A stretch of 64,000 nucleotides of DNA from an uncultured Candidatus Saccharibacteria bacterium (GCA_964469335.1 CAYXYK010000003.1:3315-67314); one strand, 5' to 3'; shown: positions 17,257 to 26,936, numbered from the stretch's first letter. Program-made: numbers and translations. Notes: a model not told the origin generated them from the letters alone.

Positions 17257-18192
17257 ATGGAAAAAACAATAGGATTCATCGGGCAGGGTTGGATCGGGAA
17301 GAACCTCGCGGACAATTTCGAGCGACGTGGGTATAAGACCGTACGCTATGCCAAAGAGAAGCCGTATGACGCGAACCTCGAGAAACTCAAGAATGCAGAT
17401 ATCATCTTCATCGCGGTGCCGACCCCTACGACGCCGGAAGGATTCGACGACAGTATCCTACGTAGTGCGATCAAACTTGCGAAACCCGGACAAACAGTCG
17501 TCATCAAGTCAACGGTACTTCCTGGAACAACGGACAGCATCGCAGACGAGAATCCCGGGGTCTTCATCATGCATTCGCCTGAATTCTTGCGCGAGATGTC
17601 GGTGAAAAAAGATATCGAAAAGCCCGAGCGCAACATCATCGGGATCCCCACTCGATACAAAGATGATCCTGAGTGGAGAAAGCGTGCGGAAGAGGTACTC
17701 GCGGTGATACCGAACGCCCCATACGAAGTGATCTGCAGCGCACCTGAGGCTGAACTCACTAAATACGGCGGGAATAATTTCTTCTACGTGAAGGTGGTGT
17801 ATATGAACATGCTCTACGAACTCGCCCAGCACCACGGGGCATCCTGGGATGTGGTTGCGAAAAATATGGTCGCAGATTCGCGCATCGGCGCATCGCACAT
17901 GCAACCGGTCCATCAGATCGCGCATCTCGACAACGGTGTGCCCGGACGCGGGGCAGGTGGACACTGCTTCCTCAAGGATTTTGCCGCGTTACGATTCCAT
18001 TATGAAGAGAAGTTTCCCGATCACTCCCATATGCATTCACTTCTGCGCTCCTTCGAGGCGACGAATAATTATCTCCTCAAGTCGACCAACAAAGACAAAG
18101 AGCTCCTTCTTGGTGTGTATGGAGAGGATGTCCTTTGTGTCTGCAAGATCACCGATAAATCGAGTGTGTGCGTCTGTGGTGTGAATAAATAA
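17257..18192 (+). CDS. short UDP-glucose/GDP-mannose 6-dehydrogenase-family protein (paralog 1)
   Basis: IGFIGQGWIGKN NAD-binding N-terminus. GAGGHCFLKD matches the catalytic-Cys motif GGxCFxKD of the nucleotide-sugar dehydrogenase family. At only 311 aa it is shorter than canonical three-domain enzymes. Confidence 0.7.
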   Translation: MEKTIGFIGQGWIGKNLADNFERRGYKTVRYAKEKPYDANLEKLKNADIIFIAVPTPTTPEGFDDSILRSAIKLAKPGQTVVIKSTVLPGTTDSIADENPGVFIMHSPEFLREMSVKKDIEKPERNIIGIPTRYKDDPEWRKRAEEVLAVIPNAPYEVICSAPEAELTKYGGNNFFYVKVVYMNMLYELAQHHGASWDVVAKNMVADSRIGASHMQPVHQIAHLDNGVPGRGAGGHCFLKDFAALRFHYEEKFPDHSHMHSLLRSFEATNNYLLKSTNKDKELLLGVYGEDVLCVCKITDKSSVCVCGVNK

Positions 18193-18197
18193 TAGCT

Positions 18198-19049
18198 ATG
18201 GATACCAAAAGCATCACGATAGGCGTCATCGGGCAAGGATACGTCGGCAAGAATTATGCCGATAATTTCGAGGATAGGGGTTTTGTGGTGGTGCGGTACA
18301 GTCTCGACCTGGTGCATGCAGCGAATAAGTCGAAGATACCGCAAGCGGATCTCGTCATCATCGCCGTCCCGACTCCGACGAAGAACGGCGCGTTCGATGA
18401 TTCGCTCGTGCGTGACGCACTCAGCGGCCTTCGTAAGGGACAGATTGTGGTCATCAAGTCGACGATACAGAAGGGGACAACCGACAAGCTGCAACAAGAC
18501 CACATGCATCTTGTTCTCATGCATGTTCCGGAATTTTTACGCGAAGCGTACGCGCGTGAGGATGTCGATTTTCCTTCCCGTAACATCATCGGGCTCGGTG
18601 CCGACACTCCCGCGCATCATGAAGCGGCGAAACTTGTCGAAGAAATCTTCCCAAAGGCGAAGCACACCATGAAGGTCCCTGCGGTTGACGCGGAATTCAT
18701 CAAATACACTCATAACACGATGGGGGTGATGATGATCGTGTATACCAATCTTCTCTATGATCTTGCGCGCGAGCATGGGGTCGAATGGGAGTCGGTCAAA
18801 GACGCCATCCTGCATAACCCTTGGTTTCCCGAGAAATATCTTGACCCCATCCACAAGGATGGGCGCGGAGCGGGCGGCAGCTGTTTCATCAAAGACTTTG
18901 CCGCGCTTGTTGAATCGTATCAAGCACGACTACCGAATGACAAAGAGGGGATCGAACTCCTGCAGGCGATCGCAAAGAAGAATAATCGACTCTTGCGAGA
19001 CACAGGGAAAAGCATACCCATCCTCAACGAAGTCTACGGAGATGAGTAA
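18198..19049 (+). CDS. short UDP-sugar 6-dehydrogenase-family protein (paralog 2, tandem)
   Basis: IGVIGQGYVGKN and GAGGSCFIKD motifs. It is collinear with and clearly homologous to the upstream gene (both carry VVIKST...PEFLRE...NIIG). Confidence 0.7.
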   Translation: MDTKSITIGVIGQGYVGKNYADNFEDRGFVVVRYSLDLVHAANKSKIPQADLVIIAVPTPTKNGAFDDSLVRDALSGLRKGQIVVIKSTIQKGTTDKLQQDHMHLVLMHVPEFLREAYAREDVDFPSRNIIGLGADTPAHHEAAKLVEEIFPKAKHTMKVPAVDAEFIKYTHNTMGVMMIVYTNLLYDLAREHGVEWESVKDAILHNPWFPEKYLDPIHKDGRGAGGSCFIKDFAALVESYQARLPNDKEGIELLQAIAKKNNRLLRDTGKSIPILNEVYGDE

Positions 19050-19068
19050 AGATGCCCAAAAGGCATTT

Positions 19069-19767
19069 TTATTTTTTGCGGGCGATCACGAGGATGTTCT
19101 GTTCACCTGAGCCGCTCGAGCGTGATGCAATCTCACTCCCGACGACTTCGAATCCGTTCTTCTCAAGTAGTCGACGCAATCCTCGCTCAGTGAACGCATG
19201 CAGGTAGCGGGCATGACGCTCTTTGCCGAAGGTGTGCATTATGTCGCCGAGGTCGAGCGGTGAAAGGAAAAGCATACTGCGCAGGGAAGAGAGCAAAAGT
19301 TTCCCCAAGTAACGCGGGCGCCAGAGATACCACGAAGTGATAATGAGAGTGTTTCCGGGATGCAGTACTCGTGCCGCTTCGCGAATGAACTCACCGCGAA
19401 GTCTGCGACTGGGAACATGATGAATGACGGCAAATGAATAAGCGATATCGAACGAATTGTTAGGGAAGGGGAGCTTGGTTGCGTCTCCTTCCGTGAAGTT
19501 AACCCCAGGGTGTTTCTTTTTTGCTTCATCAAGAAGTCCTCTCGAGTTGTCGAGGCCGGTGTAAATTGTCTGTCTTTCTTTGATGACATCATAAAATCTG
19601 CCGTTGCCGCAGCCAATGTCGAGGACTTTCATTCCGGGGGTAGCGTGTTCGCCGAGAAAAGTGAGTTCTTCCCAGAATCTTGCCCGTGAAGATGAGAATT
19701 CTTCGGACATCCTGTTGTACGAATGTTTGTTCTCATCAAGTAGCTTCGCTGCAGCACCTGTTCTCAT
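19069..19767 (-). CDS. class I SAM-dependent methyltransferase
   Basis: Motif I VLDIGCGNGRF and DIAYSFAVIHHV. The start is either Met at 19767 or the upstream Met at 19827. Confidence 0.7.
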   Translation of the reverse strand: MRTGAAAKLLDENKHSYNRMSEEFSSSRARFWEELTFLGEHATPGMKVLDIGCGNGRFYDVIKERQTIYTGLDNSRGLLDEAKKKHPGVNFTEGDATKLPFPNNSFDIAYSFAVIHHVPSRRLRGEFIREAARVLHPGNTLIITSWYLWRPRYLGKLLLSSLRSMLFLSPLDLGDIMHTFGKERHARYLHAFTERGLRRLLEKNGFEVVGSEIASRSSGSGEQNILVIARKK

Positions 19768-19870
19768 TGGTTCAAAGTGTAACACCATCGCGAACAGGCA
19801 AGAAATAGCAGACCTTGTGATTGCCACTGTGTCAATTACCCACCTGCTCGGAGTTTGCTACGCTCTACTG

Positions 19871-21535
19871 ATGCTGTTTGCGAACATCAAGAACGACCAA
19901 GATGTCGAAAAGCTCAAGAAGTACATCATCAAGGACAAGATACTGTCTGAGCGGCTTTTGGCTGTCAGGAAGAGGATGAAATACCCTCGTGACGGGGTCC
20001 GCCATGAGCATGACGGCAAAACGCTCCCGATGCCTACGAAGGCCGAACTTCTCGAGCTCTACAAAGAGTTACGTGAAGAGGGAAGTGAACTCGTGAACGA
20101 AGAAACACTGCTCGCACTTCGGAAAATAAAGACCAAGTCGAACTCGGGGGTGGCAGTCGTCTCGCTCCTCACTAAACCGTTCGCATGTCCCGGTCGATGT
20201 ACCTACTGTCCGACCGAGGTGAATATGCCGAAGAGTTACCTCTCGAAAGAGCCTGCCGCCGCGCGTGCGCTTCTCAATGATTTCGATCCATATCTGCAGA
20301 TCACCAATCGTTTGCGAGCACTCGAGATGAACGGACATCCGATCGACAAGATCGAGATGATCGTCATCGGGGGAACTTGGAGTTTCTACCATCCGAATTA
20401 TCAGGAAGAATTCTTGATCGGATGTTATCGCGCATGCAACGATTACAACTCCGGAAATGACTCACGTAATGAGCAGTATGAAGATAGACTCGAGTATCTG
20501 CTCGAACTACAGGATAGGAACGAACATGCGGTGTCTCGTATCATCGGGCTCTCGATCGAGACACGCCCCGACTACATCACGGATTTCGAGATCAAACGCC
20601 TCCGCGCACTCGGGGTGACCAAAGTAGAGATAGGGGTACAACATCTCGACGACGAAGTGCTCAAGCTCACCAAGCGTGACATGAAAATAGAGCGAGTGAA
20701 GCGCGCGACAGAACTCCTCCGCAATGCGGGATTCAAGATGGTGTACCACATGATGCCGAACCTTCCCGGCTCTACTCCGGAACGTGATATCAGTATGTTT
20801 GATGAGCTGTTCTCGGGTGAAGACTTCCAGCCTGACATGCTCAAGATCTATCCGTGCATGGTGCTCGAACACAGTGAGCTGTATGACATCTGGAAGGAAG
20901 GTGGATTCACTGCATATACCGACGAGCAACTGATCGAGGTGATGCGCGAGGAGAAAAAGCGCGTACCTTTGTATGTGCGCATCTTGCGCGTCTATCGTGA
21001 TATCCCCGCGTCATACATCAAATCCGGAAGCACCATATCAAACCTGCGTCAGGTGATGGATGACGATATGCGCGAGAACCACTGGCAGTGTCAATGCATC
21101 CGCTGTCGCGAGATCCGCGAAGGCTCATATGACCCGGAGGAATTCGAGCTCCGCAATAAGACCTTCCGCACGAAGTCGGGAACAGAGATGTTCCTCTCAT
21201 TCGAGCACAAGAGCGAGCGTAAACTTGCGTCATTCACCCGTCTTCGACTCCCTGATGAGCTTGGTGCACATGCGCCACTCCCTGTGCTCGAGGGGGCCGC
21301 GCTCATCCGAGAACTGCATACCTACGGAAGACACACGAAAGTCGGAGGGGAAGGGAAACAGAGCCAGCATGTCGGGTTCGGGAGGAAGCTTCTCGCCGAG
21401 GCAGAGCGCATCGCAAAAGAGCAAGGATACAAGAAACTTGCTGTCATCTCCGGTATCGGGGTACGCGAGTATTATCGCAAGCTCGGGTATACGCTCGAGG
21501 GGACGTATATGATCAAGCAGCTCGTTCAGGGATAA
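19871..21535 (+). CDS. elp3: Elp3-family radical-SAM/GNAT protein (tRNA wobble-uridine modification, ELP3/KAT9 homolog)
   Basis: Radical-SAM cysteine cluster CPGRCTYCP, plus ETRPDY, HMMPNLP and IRELHTYG blocks. The C-terminal GNAT region QHVGFGRKLLAEAERIAKEQGYKKLAVISGIGVREYYRKLGY is collinear with eukaryotic/archaeal Elp3. I chose the ATG at 19871, because the track start at 19604 would overlap the convergent minus-strand methyltransferase. Confidence 0.85.
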   Translation: MLFANIKNDQDVEKLKKYIIKDKILSERLLAVRKRMKYPRDGVRHEHDGKTLPMPTKAELLELYKELREEGSELVNEETLLALRKIKTKSNSGVAVVSLLTKPFACPGRCTYCPTEVNMPKSYLSKEPAAARALLNDFDPYLQITNRLRALEMNGHPIDKIEMIVIGGTWSFYHPNYQEEFLIGCYRACNDYNSGNDSRNEQYEDRLEYLLELQDRNEHAVSRIIGLSIETRPDYITDFEIKRLRALGVTKVEIGVQHLDDEVLKLTKRDMKIERVKRATELLRNAGFKMVYHMMPNLPGSTPERDISMFDELFSGEDFQPDMLKIYPCMVLEHSELYDIWKEGGFTAYTDEQLIEVMREEKKRVPLYVRILRVYRDIPASYIKSGSTISNLRQVMDDDMRENHWQCQCIRCREIREGSYDPEEFELRNKTFRTKSGTEMFLSFEHKSERKLASFTRLRLPDELGAHAPLPVLEGAALIRELHTYGRHTKVGGEGKQSQHVGFGRKLLAEAERIAKEQGYKKLAVISGIGVREYYRKLGYTLEGTYMIKQLVQG

Positions 21536-21557
21536 ATATTTCTGGTATACTTTGCGC

Positions 21558-22205
21558 ATGGAAAAAGACCCTCGTATCGAAAAGAGATTCGCTAGTGTCG
21601 CGGCATCGACCACCTTCCGGAACATCATCGCCGCACATGACCTCGACAAAAAGTCGGTACTCGATATCGGCTGCTCATACGGCGAATTTCTCGCCTGTTT
21701 CGGTGAGGGTAGTATGGGTGTGTCTATCTCGCCGGACGAGGCGGCATATGGTCGCGCTCGCGGACTGGAAATACATGAAGGGAACATCGAAGACCCCGCT
21801 TTCTCATTAGCAAAGCGATTCGACGTGATATTCGCCAATAATATCTTCGAGCACTTGCTCGCACCGCACACATTCTTGATCACCATCAAGAAATTCTTGA
21901 AACCGGATGGAATACTCATTCTTGGAGTCCCGTGTATTCCGAAGATCGTGTCGCTGATGCGAATAGGGAAGTTCAGGGGTGCACTTGCGACGGGGCATAT
22001 CAATTTCTTCACCAGGGAGACCTTGATCGAGTCGGTCAAGCATGGAGGATGGGATATCAGTGCGGTACGAGGATATCATTTCGCATCTCGTTTCCTCGAC
22101 ATGCTGCTCGATCCGATCTATCCGCATTTCTATATCACCGCGACTGAAGATCATGGATTCGCATATCCCGAAAAACGCCGGAAAGAGCTTGAGGGATATA
22201 AATAG
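21558..22205 (+). CDS. class I SAM-dependent methyltransferase
   Basis: VLDIGCSYGEF motif I and the FDVIFANNIFEHL block. The ATG lies 7 nt after TGGTATACT, an extended -10-like element. Confidence 0.7.
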   Translation: MEKDPRIEKRFASVAASTTFRNIIAAHDLDKKSVLDIGCSYGEFLACFGEGSMGVSISPDEAAYGRARGLEIHEGNIEDPAFSLAKRFDVIFANNIFEHLLAPHTFLITIKKFLKPDGILILGVPCIPKIVSLMRIGKFRGALATGHINFFTRETLIESVKHGGWDISAVRGYHFASRFLDMLLDPIYPHFYITATEDHGFAYPEKRRKELEGYK

Positions 22206-22318
22206 ACACAATGACCTCGTCATACGATGAAAAACTGTGACGAAAGCCTTAAAAATAAGGTTATCATTCGCATATGCGTCAATCCTCCGCAACAGGGATC
22301 CATGGTAAAATCATAACC

Positions 22319-22750
22319 ATGTTCTCATCGCTTCATGCGCTTATACTTCGGCACGGGCAGTTTCTCCGGTTCCTGATTTCCGGCGGGACCGCATTCCTCG
22401 CCAATCTGGTACTCATCTACCTCTTTACCGACATGCTCCATGTCTGGTACCTGCTGTCGTCAGTTTTTGCGTTCGTCGGAGCATTCGTGGTGAGTTTCTC
22501 GCTTCAGAAGTTCTGGACGTTCAAGAATAGAGAAGTCGATCGGATGTCGGCACAATTGGGACTTTCGCTCATGACCGCGCTCTTCAACCTCGGAGTGAAT
22601 ACCGCTTTGATGTACCTCCTCGTAGAGTATGCGCATCTGCATTACCTCACTGCGGTGGTGTGTACGACAGGGATCATCGCCATTGAGACATTCTTCGTAT
22701 ATAAATACATCATCTTCTCACCCTCCAGTTCTAATGTCTCACATGTATGA
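22319..22750 (+). CDS. GtrA-family small membrane protein (polyprenol-sugar translocation accessory)
   Basis: A protein of about 140 aa with 4 TM helices and FLRFLISGGTAFLANLVLIYLF, typical of PF04138. Start chosen at ATG 22319. Confidence 0.65.
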   Translation: MFSSLHALILRHGQFLRFLISGGTAFLANLVLIYLFTDMLHVWYLLSSVFAFVGAFVVSFSLQKFWTFKNREVDRMSAQLGLSLMTALFNLGVNTALMYLLVEYAHLHYLTAVVCTTGIIAIETFFVYKYIIFSPSSSNVSHV

Positions 22751-23802
22751 GATTGCTCATTCTCACACAGTCGCTCGATCGGAACGACAAGGTGCTCGGG
22801 TTCTTCCATTCATGGGTGGAAGCATTCGCGAAGGAGTGTGAACAGGTGACCGTCATCGCGCTTCGGGTGGGCGCATGCGAACTTCCGAATAATGTCCGGG
22901 TGTTGTCACTCGGCAAAGAAGAAGGAGTATCTCGCATGAAATATCTCTCGCGTTTCTTCCGATACATCGTCCGAGAACGAAATGCCTACGATACGGTGTT
23001 CGTGCATATGAACCCTATCTATATCGTGCTCGGAGGCATCTTCTGGAAGTTGGCGGGAAAGAAGGTCGCCCTCTGGTACACTCACCGCGAGGTCGACTGG
23101 AAGCTCAGACTTGGAGTAATTGGAGCCGATAAGATATTCTCTTCAGCAAAGGAGAGTTTTCGGGTGGAGACGCCTAAAGTGCAGTTCATGGGTCATGGTA
23201 TCGACGTACGATTCTGGGGGTCGATCACTCCTGAGGAGAACAAGAAGGTGTTCACGATACTCCAGGTCGGTCGCATCACTCCGATCAAACATTGTGAAGT
23301 ACTTATCGAAGCTGCCGCTTACCTCAAACAGCACGGCAAGCGGGAATTCAAAGTGATATTTCTCGGTGATCCGGCGGTCGCGAGCGACGATGAGTATTTC
23401 GCAGGGCTTCGCAGTGATGTCGAGGAAAAAGGCTTGATAAGCGAGGTGATATTCGCCGGGGGCGGAACTCCGATCGAGGTACGCAACCAATACCGCGCAG
23501 CGCATGTTACGATAAATATGCTTCCGACCGGGGGGCTGGATAAGGTCGTACTTGAGTCGCTCGCAGCCGGAGTGCCAGCACTCACCAGCAATCAGGCATG
23601 GAGACCACTCTTTGGCGAGCATGCAGGCACATTCGTGCTGCCAGAGCTCAACCCGGAGAGCGGCTCGCAGCTTGGGTCGCAGTTGGTACTTCTTTCCGAG
23701 CACGACATTCCACTCGAGACACGGCGAGCACTCAAGGCGAAGGTGGAGCGGGACGCAAGTCACGAGGCCCTGGTGCGAAAGATGGTCGCAATACTTTCAT
23801 GA
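22747..23802 (+). CDS. GT4-like glycosyltransferase
   Basis: GT-B architecture with the C-terminal block ESLAAGVPALTSNQAWRPLFGEHAGTFV. It overlaps the previous stop by 4 nt. Confidence 0.7.
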   Translation: MRLLILTQSLDRNDKVLGFFHSWVEAFAKECEQVTVIALRVGACELPNNVRVLSLGKEEGVSRMKYLSRFFRYIVRERNAYDTVFVHMNPIYIVLGGIFWKLAGKKVALWYTHREVDWKLRLGVIGADKIFSSAKESFRVETPKVQFMGHGIDVRFWGSITPEENKKVFTILQVGRITPIKHCEVLIEAAAYLKQHGKREFKVIFLGDPAVASDDEYFAGLRSDVEEKGLISEVIFAGGGTPIEVRNQYRAAHVTINMLPTGGLDKVVLESLAAGVPALTSNQAWRPLFGEHAGTFVLPELNPESGSQLGSQLVLLSEHDIPLETRRALKAKVERDASHEALVRKMVAILS

Positions 23803-24419
23803 GTAAACAAGTAGACAAGATCGCATATCGTTTCGAACATTACTGCGGACTCGACCGTTGGTCGAGTTACTATTACCAACTGCGTGAACTGCTCGCGCTC
23901 TCGCCGAAGAGCGTTCTCGAGGTAGGGAAGGGCGACGGGGTGATCGGACACTATCTCAGCGCGAATACGGATGTCTCGTATCGCTCGCTCGACATCGCTG
24001 AAGATCTCATGCCGGACATCGTCGGGGAGATCGAACATATCCCGCTTCCTGATGCCTCGGTCGATATCGCGGCAGCGTTCGAGGTGCTCGAACATCTGCC
24101 GTTCGAGCGATTCACATCCGGTCTCCGTGAGCTCGGTCGTGTCGCAAAGCATAAGGTCATCATCAGTCTCCCACACTATGGTCCATCGCTTCGGTTCTCG
24201 TTCAAGTTGCCGTTCCTCGTTGAGAAGAAGTTCGCATGGAAGATTCCGCATCATCCGACTCACACCTTTAATGGTGAGCACTATTGGGAGATCGGCAAGA
24301 AAGGATACGAGCTCGGTGTAGTGCGAAATGCGATCGAGAATGAATTCGTCATAGAAAAGGAATTCGTTCCGTTCGAGAATCAGTACCACCACTTTTTCAT
24401 ACTCCGCAAAAAAACATGA
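23799..24419 (+). CDS. class I SAM-dependent methyltransferase
   Basis: VLEVGKGDGVIGHYL motif I, plus SVDIAAAFEVLEHLPFERF. The start at 23799 overlaps the upstream stop (ATGA). Confidence 0.7.
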   Translation: MSKQVDKIAYRFEHYCGLDRWSSYYYQLRELLALSPKSVLEVGKGDGVIGHYLSANTDVSYRSLDIAEDLMPDIVGEIEHIPLPDASVDIAAAFEVLEHLPFERFTSGLRELGRVAKHKVIISLPHYGPSLRFSFKLPFLVEKKFAWKIPHHPTHTFNGEHYWEIGKKGYELGVVRNAIENEFVIEKEFVPFENQYHHFFILRKKT

Positions 24420-25180
24420 GATCTATCCTGAAGAACATATTTTTTCGCATAGCCTCGATATTCCCACAACAGATGACTGACCGTGCGGCTATCCTGATGT
24501 ACCACTCGGTCACACCCGAGAGAGAATATTACTTTTCCGTCACGCCCGAAGAATTCGAAGCACAGATGGACTATCTTGTGAAAGAAGGGAAGAAGGTGAT
24601 ACCACTTCGGACTTTGGTGGAAAAAATGAAACGGAACGAGCAGCTCAGGGGAGAGATCGTGCTCACGTTCGATGACGGCTACAAGGACAACTACACAAGT
24701 GCGTTTCCGATACTGAAACGACTCGGACTCCCCGCGACGATCTTCATCACCACCGATCTGATCGGAGGGGTCGACGGGCGCAGAATACCGATGCTTTCCG
24801 AACAGGAAATAAAGGAGATGCACGAATCTGGACTGATCGACATCGAGCCACATTCGATGACTCATCCGAAACTCGCCAAGCAAACTGTTGAAGATACGAA
24901 AAAAGAGCTCGAAGGTTCAAAGCAAGTGCTAGAGCAGTTGCTCGGAAAGACATGTGACCTTTTTGCATACCCGTATGGGTCATTCAGCGATACGACAGTC
25001 GAGGTCACTCGTTCACTCGGATTCGATGCGGCTGTCACAGTGGTCGAGGGGACGGTCAGAACGGGGGATGACCTACTCATACTCAAGCGCAATTCGATCG
25101 ATCAGCTCACTACTTGGGCACAGTTCCTCGGTAAGGTGTCGCGGACCATCGATCGTTATCATTCACTGAAAGGATCATGA
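24416..25180 (+). CDS. polysaccharide deacetylase (CE4/NodB-homology domain)
   Basis: LTFDDGYKDNYTSAFPILKRLGLPATIFITTDLIGG and HSMTHPKL give the NodB motifs TFDDG and H-x4-H. Confidence 0.8.
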   Translation: MRSILKNIFFRIASIFPQQMTDRAAILMYHSVTPEREYYFSVTPEEFEAQMDYLVKEGKKVIPLRTLVEKMKRNEQLRGEIVLTFDDGYKDNYTSAFPILKRLGLPATIFITTDLIGGVDGRRIPMLSEQEIKEMHESGLIDIEPHSMTHPKLAKQTVEDTKKELEGSKQVLEQLLGKTCDLFAYPYGSFSDTTVEVTRSLGFDAAVTVVEGTVRTGDDLLILKRNSIDQLTTWAQFLGKVSRTIDRYHSLKGS

Positions 25181-25821
25181 AGAAATCATTCGTCAAACAA
25201 GCGATAGCAGGAAAATCGATCGGACGCATACTGTTTAATGAAAAGGTCGCAGAATACTGCGGTGACCTTCACGGACGGGTGATCGACCTCGGGGGAGGTG
25301 TCTCTCCGGGATATCGGACACTGCTCTCAACGGAGACCGAACTCGTCACGACCGAGTTATCGAGCGAGAAAGGTGCGGATATCGTCGTCGACCTCAATAA
25401 GGTGCTTCCGTTCGAGAGCGGAAGTATCACGACCTTCTTCTGTTTCAATGTACTCTATATCCTCGAGGATCGCATCGCATCGCTCTCCGAGATGCATCGC
25501 TCGCTCACAAAGGGAGGGACACTCTTCCTCTCTTCACCGTTCATCACGAACGAGATGCCAGAGCCACATGACTATGTCAGACTGACGAAAGAAGGGCTCC
25601 TTCGAGAACTGGAGATCGCGGGTTTCACCGACGCCATTCTTTCTCCGTATGGGGAACGAGGAAGTGCCGCTATTTATCTTCTCGACCCGATACTGCGTTT
25701 TCCCTTCATCAGGCTGCCATTCTATCTGCTCGGACTCCTCATCGACCGCATACTACCGAAGAGGATCATCGAACAGCACCCCGCCCCGATCGGGTATTTC
25801 GTGATAGCAAAGAAAACATGA
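25177..25821 (+). CDS. class I SAM-dependent methyltransferase
   Basis: VIDLGGGVSPGY motif I and the SLTKGGTLFLSSPF block. Confidence 0.6.
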   Translation: MKKSFVKQAIAGKSIGRILFNEKVAEYCGDLHGRVIDLGGGVSPGYRTLLSTETELVTTELSSEKGADIVVDLNKVLPFESGSITTFFCFNVLYILEDRIASLSEMHRSLTKGGTLFLSSPFITNEMPEPHDYVRLTKEGLLRELEIAGFTDAILSPYGERGSAAIYLLDPILRFPFIRLPFYLLGLLIDRILPKRIIEQHPAPIGYFVIAKKT

Positions 25822-26936
25822 AACTTCTCTATATTGCGAACATAAGACTTCCGACAGAAAAAGCTCACGGTGTACAGATCATGGAGATGGCGAGCGCGTT
25901 CTCTCAACATGGTGCCGATGTGGAACTCGTCGTGCCGAAACGCAAGAACCGGATCGAGGGTGATCCGTTCGATTTCTACCGGATCAAAAAGACATTTCCT
26001 GTGACGCGACTTTTCACATGGGACCTCATCTCGCTCGGACGGGCCGGCTTCATGGTCGAGTCATTGACCTTCTCTGTCGCAGCCCTCGTCTATGCTCTTC
26101 GGAGTGATGCTGACGTGATCTATTCACGCGACGAATTCTTTCTCTTCCTTCTCTCGTTCTTCGGGAAGGAATATGTCTACGAACCGCACATCGGCAAATG
26201 GCACTATATCGTGAAGAGGGCGATGGTCGGTGCAATGCTTGTGACACCTATCACTCAAGGATTGAAAGATTTTTTCATGAGGAAGGGAGTTCCCGAAGGA
26301 AGGATGCTTGTCGCACCGGACGGAGTCAATTTGAAACGATTCACTCATGCAGAAGGGAAGGCAGCCTCACGTCATCGCCTTGGCCTTCCAGAAGACAAGA
26401 AGATCGTACTCTATTCAGGACACCTCTATGCCCGAAAAGGAGCGCAGACACTTGCAGAGGCGGCAGCGCAATTCGATGAAGATACAGTGGTTGTATTCGT
26501 CGGAGGGACCGATACGGATATCGCCGACTTCAAGAAGAAATATGGTGCAACGAAGAACATCATGGTGCTCGGGCACAAACCACACGAAGACATCCCGTAT
26601 TATCTTTCGGCCGTTGACGTACTCGTCCTCCCTAACAGCGCAAAAAGTGAAGATTCCCGACTCTATACTTCACCAATGAAGCTCTTCGAATATATGGCCT
26701 CAGGTGTCCCGATCGTCGCCTCGGACATCCCCAGTTTGAAGGAGATACTTGATGAGACGAATGCGGTCTTAGTTGCGCCTGATGCGCCCCATCTGCTAGC
26801 AAGTGGAATTCAATCGATACTCATGGATAACAAATCTGGTGAAACACTAGCAAAAAATGCACGACATTCGGTAGAAAACTATTCTTGGGAGAAAAGGGCA
26901 GCAATGATACTTAAAGAAATACACGAAAGGGGGTAG
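25818..26936 (+). CDS. GT4 family glycosyltransferase
   Basis: FEYMASGVPIVASDIPSLKEIL E-x7-E block, and KIVLYSGHLYARKG. Confidence 0.8.
   Translation: MKLLYIANIRLPTEKAHGVQIMEMASAFSQHGADVELVVPKRKNRIEGDPFDFYRIKKTFPVTRLFTWDLISLGRAGFMVESLTFSVAALVYALRSDADVIYSRDEFFLFLLSFFGKEYVYEPHIGKWHYIVKRAMVGAMLVTPITQGLKDFFMRKGVPEGRMLVAPDGVNLKRFTHAEGKAASRHRLGLPEDKKIVLYSGHLYARKGAQTLAEAAAQFDEDTVVVFVGGTDTDIADFKKKYGATKNIMVLGHKPHEDIPYYLSAVDVLVLPNSAKSEDSRLYTSPMKLFEYMASGVPIVASDIPSLKEILDETNAVLVAPDAPHLLASGIQSILMDNKSGETLAKNARHSVENYSWEKRAAMILKEIHERG

Noticed and set aside
21230-22039. 269-aa minus-strand ORF spanning the Elp3 3' end and methyltransferase 5' end
   Set aside because: It crosses an intergenic boundary of two well-supported plus-strand genes and has no motif, so it is most likely spurious.
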